Positions 15,896-24,733 of a stretch of DNA of 32,000 nucleotides are shown piece after piece. A program made the position numbers and the translations under genes. The stretch is from positions 797,056 through 829,055 of the forward strand of contig NZ_AP026830.1 in assembly GCF_026000775.1 (NCBI RefSeq), in the 5' to 3' direction. The notes beneath the pieces were generated by a model that did not search any database, was not told the DNA's origin, and saw only the letters and a program-made list of their open reading frames with translations. Position 1 is the first letter of the stretch. The number at the start of each line of letters is the position of its first letter. This DNA comes from Vulcanisaeta souniana JCM 11219. Lineage in GTDB: Archaea > Thermoproteota > Thermoprotei > Thermoproteales > Thermocladiaceae.

Positions 15896-18350
15896 ACTTA
15901 TTGTTAGGAACTTTAGGGGGTTTAGGGATGAGCATAGGATCACCTTTAATGACGGTATTAATATCATTCATGGACCCGTTGGATCAGGTAAAACGAGCAT
16001 TATCCAAGCCCTTGAGTATGCGCTGTACGGTACCCAATTAGAGGTTAAGGAGAGAGTCTCAAAATTGTCTGACCTGATAAATGAGGATTCCAACTCGGCC
16101 ATGGTTAAGTTGGTCCTTAGCAATGGCATTGAAGTAGCCAGGGAACTTAGGCGAGCTGGTGAGTCCGCCAGGGAGACGGCTAGTGTTGCCATTAATGGAA
16201 CCACGTATAAAAGTGATGACATATACTCGAGGGTTGTGGAGGTACTTGGTGTTGATGATGATGATTTCGAGAGGTTCGTCTTGGTTACTCATAGAACTCT
16301 CGAGGCCTTGGTTTACGGTAATGTATCCAAGAGGAGCCTATTCATTGATAAGATGTTTGGTCTTGACGCTCTTGATAATCTAAATAGATCATTACCCATG
16401 TCGCAAATAGAAAACGCAATCACTGTATTGAGACAGAGATTAGCCAGTGTTAAGGAACTTCCTGAAATAATTAGTAAGTATGGCTCTATTGAAAAGGCTC
16501 AGAGCAAGGTTAAGGAACTTAAGGACGAGATAGAACGATTAAGAAAAGAGGAGGGAGAACTCAGCAATGTTTACAGCGAATTAATGAGAAAGAGGGAGGA
16601 ATTATTGAGGGGATTCAGGGGTATTGAGGAGGTTTACAGTGATTACATAGCCACAAGGCTTAGGCGAGAGAACCTTGAGCAGGAACTCGAGAAGTCCGGG
16701 GTTAGGGAAATTAATGAAATGAGCATACGACTCGAGCTCGAGAGAATCAGGGATTCACTGGTTGAGAAGCTTGAGGAGTACGCGATGGTTAAGGAGGCCG
16801 ATGACGTTGGTAAGCTAGTAATAACCAATGACAACCTAGCCGATGCTTCCGAGAAGATATACACAGCCTTCGAAGGCCTTGTTAAGCTTAAGGACAAACT
16901 CATAGAGGATAAGGAGTACCTCAGTAATGTACGTAGTGATCTGGAGGTTCAGGTAGAGGCATTGAAGGCATCCCTTAGGGAATTAGAGTCGAGGTTATCC
17001 CAGGAGGAACCTAGGGTTAGGGAGTATAGGGCGTTAGTTGATAAGTATGGTGAGCCGATTAAGGTTAAGAGGGAAATTGAAGAGCTTAGGAGCAGTCTTG
17101 AGAAAATAAGCGCAGAGGAGAGCTTCAAATCATCCCTACTAAACGTCCTCCAGTACATACTAACTAACCATGAAGATAGGTGCCCAATTTGCGGTAGGCC
17201 GCTGAGAGATGATGATCACAAGAGAATCAAGGATAGGATCACTGAGTTGTCCAAAAGCCGTAGTGAGGAGATCAATAATATAAGAAGTAGGTTAAGCGAG
17301 CTGGAGAGGATATTAGCCAGCATGGAAGCATTATTACCAATTGTTAATGATTATGAGGCAACAATCGAAAGAATGCGTGATGTTAGGTCTAGATATGAGA
17401 CGGCGCTCTCGAAGCTTGAAACCATTGAGAGGTCAATTAGGGATATTGATAAGAGAACCCAAGTACTTATTAGGTTTATTGATGAATTTAGGGTTGAGAT
17501 TGATGATATTGATAAGTCCATCTCATATCTAAGGAAGTATAGGGAACTGGAATCACTTAAGATGAGGGAGGATGAACTTAGACAAAGGCTTGCCAACCTT
17601 GGGGTTGATACACAGACCATAATCAGCATTGAGGAACAAATAAGGTATATTGATAATAAACTAACCCAGGTCAGAACTAAGTTGAGTGATGACTCAGCTG
17701 AGTTAAGCCGGTTGGAACTTGCATTGTCAAGTATAGGGTTTGATAGGGAGGATCCGTCAGTACTTAGGAAGAGACTTGATTTCCTTGAGGACTTCTATAA
17801 TAAGCTGACTAGGATCAGGGCTGGTATTAGGGATGTACAGGCCAGGGTTAGGGATGAGATGATCAGGGTCATTAAAAATAATGTTGGATCCATATTTAAG
17901 ATGCTGTATCCATATGGTGATCTTGAGGGCGCAGGTATTGAGGTTACGGTTAGGGATAGGGGGATTGTTGGTGTTGTCAGTGAGTATACCCTGTATGCCC
18001 TTAGGCTAGGTGGCAGGAAGGTCACAATATCCAGGCTTAGTGATGGTCAGAGATTAACCATAGCCTTGTCATTCCTATTGAGTGTCTATAGGTCTACGAA
18101 TCATAACATAGACTTCCTTCTTATGGACGAGCCGGTGCCCTACGTCGATCAAAACATTAGGAAAGCCTTTGCGACATTATTAACTAGGTTCATAGGTGAG
18201 GAATTAATTGGGCAGGTAATAATTACGACGCAATCTGGGGATTTAGTCAATGATATAACTAATGCCGCTAAGGAAAATGGCATTAAATACAAAGTTATTA
18301 AATTGATAAAGGATGGTAATGAAAGGAGGATCGTAGGTTCCAACGATTAA
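15876..18350 (+). CDS. rkd-4: Arcadin-4, SMC/Rad50-like coiled-coil ATPase
   Basis: The N-terminus reads 'NFRGF...HGPVGSGKTS' (Walker A). About 600 aa of heptad-rich coiled coil carry a central 'CPICG'. The C-terminus has 'LSDGQRLTIALSF' (ABC signature) and 'FLLMDEP' (Walker B). GGTGAG lies 5 nt before the ATG at 15876. The track start is the GTG at 15870. Confidence 0.85.
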   Translation: MRIRVNELIVRNFRGFRDEHRITFNDGINIIHGPVGSGKTSIIQALEYALYGTQLEVKERVSKLSDLINEDSNSAMVKLVLSNGIEVARELRRAGESARETASVAINGTTYKSDDIYSRVVEVLGVDDDDFERFVLVTHRTLEALVYGNVSKRSLFIDKMFGLDALDNLNRSLPMSQIENAITVLRQRLASVKELPEIISKYGSIEKAQSKVKELKDEIERLRKEEGELSNVYSELMRKREELLRGFRGIEEVYSDYIATRLRRENLEQELEKSGVREINEMSIRLELERIRDSLVEKLEEYAMVKEADDVGKLVITNDNLADASEKIYTAFEGLVKLKDKLIEDKEYLSNVRSDLEVQVEALKASLRELESRLSQEEPRVREYRALVDKYGEPIKVKREIEELRSSLEKISAEESFKSSLLNVLQYILTNHEDRCPICGRPLRDDDHKRIKDRITELSKSRSEEINNIRSRLSELERILASMEALLPIVNDYEATIERMRDVRSRYETALSKLETIERSIRDIDKRTQVLIRFIDEFRVEIDDIDKSISYLRKYRELESLKMREDELRQRLANLGVDTQTIISIEEQIRYIDNKLTQVRTKLSDDSAELSRLELALSSIGFDREDPSVLRKRLDFLEDFYNKLTRIRAGIRDVQARVRDEMIRVIKNNVGSIFKMLYPYGDLEGAGIEVTVRDRGIVGVVSEYTLYALRLGGRKVTISRLSDGQRLTIALSFLLSVYRSTNHNIDFLLMDEPVPYVDQNIRKAFATLLTRFIGEELIGQVIITTQSGDLVNDITNAAKENGIKYKVIKLIKDGNERRIVGSND

Positions 18351-18376
18351 CCGAACCACTCCTCCGTATCTGATTA

Positions 18377-18392
18377 TTCCCGTGAAAGGGAA
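18377..18392 (+). terminator. Short hairpin followed by T-rich tract after arcadin-4
   Basis: A perfect 5-bp stem with a 6-nt loop, 'TTCCC gtgaaa GGGAA', lies 27 nt after the stop codon and is followed by 'cattttgtaaatagatttatt'. Any function is unproven. Confidence 0.25.
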
Positions 18393-18452
18393 CAAAGGGA
18401 TCAACATTTTGTAAATAGATTTATTAAGACTTAATGAGAAAACATTAATTTG

Positions 18453-19322
18453 ATGGAGGGTATATTCGTAGCGCTAGCAATTCCCTTTAAAAATGGTAAG
18501 CTCGACGAGGAATCACTGGCTAAACATGTAGATTCTCTGACAAAGGCTGGAGTCGACGGCTTTTATACATTTGGGACGACGAGCCAGGGACCATACTTAA
18601 CACTCGAGGAAAGGAGGGCAGCATTGGAGGTAATATCAAGGAATACTAATAGGCAATTGGTGGTTCATGTGTTCTCATTTGATTGGCAGGGAATTGTCGA
18701 GACCGTGAGACTTGCTGAGAAGCATGGAACAATTGCAATTTCGTCAATACCGCCCATATACTACGGCCCCGACTATGAAGTTCTAAAGAGGTACTACGAA
18801 AAATTGACTCAATTAACAAAACTACCAGTATTCATATATAACATACCCAGGAACACCGGGTTCAACGTAACCCCAGACCTCATGGCTAAGTTATTGAGTG
18901 ATGGCGTTAAAATTGCAGGCGTTAAGGATAGTACAGGGGATGTTGCGCAGATAATGGGCCACGTTAGGCTTGGAATAACGGTATTAAATGGATCAGATTC
19001 CACAATACTGCCGGCACTCATGGTTGGCGCAAAGGGATGCATCTCGGCAATGTCCAACGTACTTCCTGACGTCATTAGGAGTATGTTTGACGAATTCAAG
19101 GCAGGCAGGCTACAATCAGCCATGGAGAAACAAGACCTAATAGCCAGAGTCAGGGAGCTAATTAGGGATTACCCAGGCGTTGATGGTTACTACAAGCTAA
19201 TCCATCTACTCCGTTATGACTTTGGAACTGTTAAGGAGCCATACCTAAGGCCGTTAAGTGAGGCCGAGGTGCAGAAACTCAGGGATGGATTAATAAGGCT
19301 GGGTTTAAAGCCGAGGGTCTAA
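18453..19322 (+). CDS. DapA/NAL-family class I aldolase, likely 2-keto-3-deoxy-(6-phospho)gluconate aldolase
   Basis: The 289-aa ORF contains 'FGTTSQG', 'IYNIP' and the Schiff-base lysine context 'GVKDSTGD'. Its length and layout resemble crenarchaeal KD(P)G aldolases. Specificity cannot be read from the sequence alone. Confidence 0.75.
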   Translation: MEGIFVALAIPFKNGKLDEESLAKHVDSLTKAGVDGFYTFGTTSQGPYLTLEERRAALEVISRNTNRQLVVHVFSFDWQGIVETVRLAEKHGTIAISSIPPIYYGPDYEVLKRYYEKLTQLTKLPVFIYNIPRNTGFNVTPDLMAKLLSDGVKIAGVKDSTGDVAQIMGHVRLGITVLNGSDSTILPALMVGAKGCISAMSNVLPDVIRSMFDEFKAGRLQSAMEKQDLIARVRELIRDYPGVDGYYKLIHLLRYDFGTVKEPYLRPLSEAEVQKLRDGLIRLGLKPRV

Positions 19323-19379
19323 CGTAGTTACTTAAATTCTATTTAATTTAATTCGACTCAAATTTTATGAATAACCGAA

Positions 19380-19406
19380 GTAAAAGTAAAAAAGTAAAGT
19401 AAAAGG
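19380..19406 (+). repeat. Four tandem GTAAA(A) units in the promoter region of the first envelope-protein paralog
   Basis: The sequence 'GTAAAA GTAAAAAA GTAAA GTAAAAGG' was read directly. It ends 24 nt before the ATG at 19430. Confidence 0.6.
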
Positions 19407-19429
19407 CCCCTTATTAAGGAATTATATTG

Positions 19430-21223
19430 ATGACCATAGGTATTCATAGACAGGGCATAGCTATGATCGCACTGGCTATTTCCATAATTACCGTGACCAT
19501 GCTCATAGCAATCAATACATTTGCCCAATCAGTAAACCCCAAACCTATCATAATAATCAGTACTGATACATACCAGGTCAATTATTATAATGTAACAGGC
19601 ATAAGGAAGCCAATACTCATTATTCACGGCTACCTAAATAATAACCCAGTCCCATTAACCATCAGCCTATTTGCACTTGGCGAAGGGCATATCTACACGG
19701 TTGGTTATTACTACGGATTCGGCTCGGTAAACGTAAGTTTAATTATAAAACCAATAATTAACATAGCTAAGGAGACGATAAGAATCATGACCTCCAATAG
19801 AAACCCGCCGGATGCTGTGTGGCCATCCATACTTGCATTTATCACGTACTTCGACAAATCCACGAACGAGACAAAGACCGTGGTGGTGGCGATCCCCTAT
19901 AACCCAACCTGGATAATGAATAACGCATCAATAGTCATAAGCTTAACCGTAGACTTCTCTAGGGTAGCGCCGGTAAGAATAATTTATAATCATAATGCAA
20001 TAAATGCCTCATCACTGATGGCGAGCCCCTCCGTGGATCCCTACGGCTTCGTAGGACCGTACAATTGCCTCGGAAGTAGTAATGTCCTGAATGCCGCTCC
20101 ACCATCAATCTACGCCGGTACAGGGATTGTTTATTGGGAACCACGTGCCTGTGCTGGATTTAATGGTTCAATACCCATACTGTGGATTGCCTGGGGCAAG
20201 GATGCATGGAGCAACAATATTGGTGGCGGGATAGTGCTGAGTATAGGTGGTTATGCCCAAAAAGGCTCCGGTCTCTATGGGGCTGCCAATGTTCCAGGTT
20301 CTGGACTTGAGGTTGTTGGCCCAACGCTGCAATTCTCAAGTAACCTGCCTATTTATGGAGGCTATAGTGGCTATAACTATGTCGATAATGTCTATGTGTA
20401 CTTCGCATTTTCGTCAAGCTCCTCGTTATCGTACTCATACCCGAACCTTTATTACTACGTCAATAGGGGACCGGGCTTCCTTTACTTAGGCATTAATGGT
20501 ACCCTGGCCTTAATACAGTTCGAGGGCTATTACGTCGATCAGAACGGCTATACCTATCCACTTAATGAGTATGCCAACGCCACGGCTGTTATTAACCTAC
20601 TACCAGGCGCCATACGTAATAATGTGCTGTGGGTATGGCCGGGCATTGACCTCGGTAATGGCATTATGAACTTCATGATGAGCCAGGTAGCGCCTAGATT
20701 CGGTTTAATTAGCCCAAACTATGTTTATGACTACGTCTTCATTTCAAGGGATAGTAACGGCAATTACCACTACAGTGGTTTATGTACATCAAGCCCCAGT
20801 ATAACATGTACGTCATCAGGCTGCTACTTCTCACTGAGTGTGGCTGCATCAACATTCAATCCCAACCCATATGGAGTAGCCGCAGAGGCAGGTTTATTCA
20901 TAGCCGGTTTAATCCTTGCCTATCCAAGTGTTGGTTCAAGCATAGCCACGATATTTGGCGGTAACCAATTCCTGGCTGGTCTGGCAACATCCGTGGCCCT
21001 TGGCATAGCTGGTCTCATGGTTCCGCCACCGGGCTCCTCGTCATTCTTCTACTTCAATACCGTAATTAACCTGGTCGCTAATTATGGCTCAGCATACTAC
21101 GTGGCGTTTTACGGAACACCCATAAAGTATAGCTATGGCTCAGTGAGTAGTGAGACATTCCCCGTGGGCATAATCATAAATTCGACACAGCCCTATCTAG
21201 GAGGCATCTACTGCAATAAGTAG
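19430..21223 (+). CDS. Secreted or membrane-anchored Tyr/Asn/Gly/Ser-rich protein, paralog A
   Basis: The protein has an N-terminal hydrophobic anchor 'IAMIALAISIITVTMLIAI' and at least 8 N-x-S/T sequons. A Gly/Ala-rich double hydrophobic segment lies near the C-terminus, followed by a beta-rich tail of about 85 aa. It is collinear with the next gene. Confidence 0.7.
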   Translation: MTIGIHRQGIAMIALAISIITVTMLIAINTFAQSVNPKPIIIISTDTYQVNYYNVTGIRKPILIIHGYLNNNPVPLTISLFALGEGHIYTVGYYYGFGSVNVSLIIKPIINIAKETIRIMTSNRNPPDAVWPSILAFITYFDKSTNETKTVVVAIPYNPTWIMNNASIVISLTVDFSRVAPVRIIYNHNAINASSLMASPSVDPYGFVGPYNCLGSSNVLNAAPPSIYAGTGIVYWEPRACAGFNGSIPILWIAWGKDAWSNNIGGGIVLSIGGYAQKGSGLYGAANVPGSGLEVVGPTLQFSSNLPIYGGYSGYNYVDNVYVYFAFSSSSSLSYSYPNLYYYVNRGPGFLYLGINGTLALIQFEGYYVDQNGYTYPLNEYANATAVINLLPGAIRNNVLWVWPGIDLGNGIMNFMMSQVAPRFGLISPNYVYDYVFISRDSNGNYHYSGLCTSSPSITCTSSGCYFSLSVAASTFNPNPYGVAAEAGLFIAGLILAYPSVGSSIATIFGGNQFLAGLATSVALGIAGLMVPPPGSSSFFYFNTVINLVANYGSAYYVAFYGTPIKYSYGSVSSETFPVGIIINSTQPYLGGIYCNK

Positions 21224-21312
21224 GGAAGACACGTATTCCTCGGCTTCGGCGATATGTATCAAATAAAATAATACATTAATTAATACATATTAGATAAAAT
21301 AACTCAATAACA

Positions 21313-22977
21313 ATGATCACGAGGCATAGGTTAGCATTCATAACAATGGCCATACTAATAATCACTACAGTCTCAATACTACTTTCTACACTGGATGTAG
21401 TAACGCTTCAGCCAAGCCCTGCGCAGGTGATTAGGGTTAGTACGGGCACGATAACGTATTACAGCTCACCACCAATAAGGGGCATGCTGCCCGGCGTGGT
21501 GATTAGGACGTACCTCATTAACGGATCCTCAATAACACCCGTAAATGCCTTCATCAGTGTTTACGTGAACCTACCAAACGGCATAATGCCGGTGATGTAT
21601 GCCTACGGTAGTTCGGTCACCGTACCATTTAACAATACTGACTGGGCATATGCCGTGAATAAGTGGCTCGAGACTAAAATGCCGGTGAATGGTTATGACA
21701 CTTCATTACTAGTGTTTGTGACGTACATCCACGATAATGAGTCCTGGATAATACCCATGGTAGTACCATACAATGTAGGCTGGGCCCTGGCAGCACAAAG
21801 GCCTAGCCTAGCGGCTGGCATTACGCCCATGTACATATTGGCCACGGTATACATAAACGTAAGCTCAATTAAGCCATTTAGGATCATAGCTATGAACCAT
21901 ATACCCAACATGACTGATCCTCAGGTCTTTGGATCGTATAGCGGTTACGTGCTTTATAATTGTTCCGTGAGTGGTCCTCAGCCGAGTATTTACATGCCGC
22001 TACCCTACGAATTTATACCGGAATCAACGTGCCTAGGCATAAATGGCTCACTACCACTGGCCTGGGTCACATGGAGCAATGGTGTGTTAAGTTATGATAA
22101 GGGGCTTGGGATTACATTAGCTATTTACTTCTCAGGCACAATTAATTGGAACGCAATGGCCGCGGGCTACGGAGATATAGGCACATCCTATAGTACCCAG
22201 GAGAATTGGGTTGACAATACCGGGGAGTACGTGCTTGGTTCACAGGTGAATGTGCCAGGCTCCATATATTACTACTATGAAGATGCCACTTGGGCCATTG
22301 TTCAGTATGATGCTTGGTACGTTGATCCAACGACTGGATACACACAGTACTTGGGCTCAACTACCGTTTCCGAAGTGCTCTACGTACCTGAATACGACAC
22401 CTATGGTTACGCTCTTGACTATGGTAATGGCACAATAAGTTTGCTGTATTACGGTGCCGTACCATTAGCCGAGAAGTACTTTGGTTACTCCGCCTTAAAT
22501 GCGTCGTCCGTGATTGATTATGCCAGTTTTGAATACACGACCACAGGCTCTGAATATCTCTATGAATGTAATGGGCCCGTAAACATAGTCAGTGGGCAAT
22601 ACCAAATACAGCTCGGCGGTATTAACACTGCATACGGCTTAAGTGCGCCACAGCTCGGCACTGGGCTCACGGGCATAGCCCTTGGATTAGCCGCTTTAAT
22701 ACCTAATTCTGAGCCTCTCGAGATCTTATTAAGCATGGGTAGTGCCATATTTAGCATTGCGGGTATGCTGTTGCCTCCATCAACTTCATCAACAACACAG
22801 AGCACGTGGGTTGAGCTCTTCAATATTGGTGTTGGTACAAATCTATACGTCTCGGTAGTTGATGCGTCTCAGGTCTATGGTTTACCCACATTCGGCTTTA
22901 TACTTAATGCAACCAATTACTATGGGAGCCCGCAGACATATGCATGTAAATACGGTAAAGTTATTCAAATTACTTAA
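21313..22977 (+). CDS. Secreted or membrane-anchored Tyr/Asn/Gly/Ser-rich protein, paralog B
   Basis: The architecture matches paralog A. The protein has the N-terminal anchor 'LAFITMAILIITTVSILL' and at least 10 sequons. Blocks alignable with paralog A include 'YNC...PSIY...C.G.NGS.P..W..W'. Confidence 0.7.
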   Translation: MITRHRLAFITMAILIITTVSILLSTLDVVTLQPSPAQVIRVSTGTITYYSSPPIRGMLPGVVIRTYLINGSSITPVNAFISVYVNLPNGIMPVMYAYGSSVTVPFNNTDWAYAVNKWLETKMPVNGYDTSLLVFVTYIHDNESWIIPMVVPYNVGWALAAQRPSLAAGITPMYILATVYINVSSIKPFRIIAMNHIPNMTDPQVFGSYSGYVLYNCSVSGPQPSIYMPLPYEFIPESTCLGINGSLPLAWVTWSNGVLSYDKGLGITLAIYFSGTINWNAMAAGYGDIGTSYSTQENWVDNTGEYVLGSQVNVPGSIYYYYEDATWAIVQYDAWYVDPTTGYTQYLGSTTVSEVLYVPEYDTYGYALDYGNGTISLLYYGAVPLAEKYFGYSALNASSVIDYASFEYTTTGSEYLYECNGPVNIVSGQYQIQLGGINTAYGLSAPQLGTGLTGIALGLAALIPNSEPLEILLSMGSAIFSIAGMLLPPSTSSTTQSTWVELFNIGVGTNLYVSVVDASQVYGLPTFGFILNATNYYGSPQTYACKYGKVIQIT

Positions 22978-23098
22978 TGATTGAGGTCACCTATGAGAAT
23001 CATTACTGTAAATTCCAGGGATCAATACCCGTAATGATTGACTGCGCATTTGCGTTAAGTATTATAACAGGCATAGAGTGCTACGTGATTGGGATAGT

Positions 23099-23686
23099 AT
23101 GAGTATTGACGCGCTTGTTAGTAAGCCTGGCGTGAGGGCCCTTGGTATAGCCGAGAGCTTTAGGCTGGACCTTAGATATTCAATACTGGTTGGTGTTGTC
23201 ATGAGGAGTGATGGCGTTATTGATGGTGTGTCGTTGGGTAGGACTACCGTTGGTGGTTTGGATGCTACGGATGCTGTAATAAGCCTGTACAGGTCATTTA
23301 ATAGGAATGATATTCAGTTGGTGATGATTGATGGATGCATAATATCCTGGTACAACATAGTTGACCTTGAAAAGTTGGCGGATACGTTGGGCCTACCAAT
23401 AATGTGCCTAACCTTTGAGGAGCCAGAGGGTGATGTCATAAATGCGTTGAGGAAGTTATTCCCGGGTGATTCAGACGTGAGGATAAGGCTTTATGAGAAG
23501 TTGGGCAAACCCGATGAAATGCTGTTACCCGGTGGTTTGAAGATTTACGTGAGGTTTACGGGTATTGACTATAGGACGGCTAGGACTATAATTAGGAAGT
23601 TCATTAAGGAGGGCAAGAGGCCCGAACCAATTAGGGTTGCCAGGCTAATCGCAAATGCATTACTGAATTATACTAAAATACCTTGA
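23099..23686 (+). CDS. DUF99/UPF0215 family protein (Endonuclease V-like fold)
   Basis: The N-terminal 'VRALGIAESF', followed by 'DG...V.VGGLDATD' and 'IDG....YNIVDL', resembles the archaeal UPF0215 family. The ATG at 23099 is preferred over the track GTG at 23078 because of its spacing from the AT-rich box at about 23057-23067. Confidence 0.6.
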   Translation: MSIDALVSKPGVRALGIAESFRLDLRYSILVGVVMRSDGVIDGVSLGRTTVGGLDATDAVISLYRSFNRNDIQLVMIDGCIISWYNIVDLEKLADTLGLPIMCLTFEEPEGDVINALRKLFPGDSDVRIRLYEKLGKPDEMLLPGGLKIYVRFTGIDYRTARTIIRKFIKEGKRPEPIRVARLIANALLNYTKIP

Positions 23687-24731
23687 TCCTCTCGCCACTT
23701 AGGTATGACACGGCAACCTCAATATATGCAATAAATACGAGGACCAGGGACACCATGATCAATAGAGGGCCAACAATGTAGTACATGGCTCGTAATATGG
23801 CCGATACAAAGAGCAAAGCGGGTATTTCAAAACCGGCAATGCCGTAATGTCTCATCGAGAACCAAAGAATTCCCGGGTTAAGCATTGGGATGCAAAGTGA
23901 TGACATTATCACGGCTATAAAGCCCAAAAATAACATGTGTACGGCATCACCAAGGGGAACGCCAATTAATAACAGAATGGCAGTTATCACTAGGGATGCC
24001 CTACCAAGGGACGAACCAATTGGGTAGGCCCTGGAGTATATTGTCTTGAAGGCAGGGCCGAATCCCCTTGGTATCCCAATAACAACAAGGGTGAGTAGGG
24101 AGAGAACGGCCAGGGCAATGGGACTACTTAGGAAATACGTCATTATTGGCAGCAATACGGCATAAGAAACGTCAATTGCATAAATAGGTTTTTGCCTGCT
24201 CTCAACGCGTCTCATGAGAGAAACAATAGATGCCACAGGAAAAACCAATAGCCCCAAGCCACTACCCATGTAGAAAGCAATGGCGAGACCAATGAGACCG
24301 CTTAGGAAGAACGTATTAGGCCAATAAAGTGGCTTTCTACCCAAACCACCCCTAATGATCAGTAGCACGTAATAAAGCACTAAAAGAACCCCCACAATCC
24401 AACTAAACCACAGTCCGAACACGTAAGTCACAAACCACGTGATACTCAATAAACCAATTAATAATGATGCAAATGGGCTCGGCATAACCCTGGTAAAACC
24501 AGGGTGCTGGCTAAACATAATGCCAATATAAAAAAGGACCAAACCGCCAAGCATTAAATCCCCATGTAGATGACCAAGTCTCAACGCAAGTATTGCTGAA
24601 CCAATTACGAATGATGCTATGGAAAGACCTAGCAATGCCTGAGAGACCCTCATTTGATAAACAAACCACCTCTTATAAACATCCTGGGATAGCTCGTTGA
24701 AGAGACCGCCAAAAAATACCCGTTTAAACAT
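23673..24731 (-). CDS. Polytopic membrane protein (about 10 TM), unknown function
   Basis: The ORF is highly hydrophobic and has several conserved-looking His residues, as in 'LGHLHGD' and 'DAVHMLF'. The ATG at 24731 lies 2 nt after the stop codon of the upstream 121-aa gene. The track start is the GTG at 24749. Confidence 0.65.
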   Translation of the reverse strand: MFKRVFFGGLFNELSQDVYKRWFVYQMRVSQALLGLSIASFVIGSAILALRLGHLHGDLMLGGLVLFYIGIMFSQHPGFTRVMPSPFASLLIGLLSITWFVTYVFGLWFSWIVGVLLVLYYVLLIIRGGLGRKPLYWPNTFFLSGLIGLAIAFYMGSGLGLLVFPVASIVSLMRRVESRQKPIYAIDVSYAVLLPIMTYFLSSPIALAVLSLLTLVVIGIPRGFGPAFKTIYSRAYPIGSSLGRASLVITAILLLIGVPLGDAVHMLFLGFIAVIMSSLCIPMLNPGILWFSMRHYGIAGFEIPALLFVSAILRAMYYIVGPLLIMVSLVLVFIAYIEVAVSYLSGERIKVF

Positions 24732-24733
24732 AA

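Noticed and set aside
18336-18357. A 5-bp stem, GGTTC/GAACC, spanning the arcadin-4 stop codon.
   Set aside because: The stem is weak and has a 12-nt loop. It lies mostly within coding sequence and is not distinguishable from chance.
22975-23041. The 10-mer 'TAATGATTGA' occurs twice (22975-22984 and 23032-23041). A near-copy, 'CAATGATTGA', lies at 30516-30525. These were considered as possible att-like direct repeats bounding an island.
   Set aside because: The repeats are short and AT-rich. One overlaps a stop codon and another overlaps the ATPase start region. No integrase or tRNA gene is nearby, so chance recurrence is the simpler explanation.
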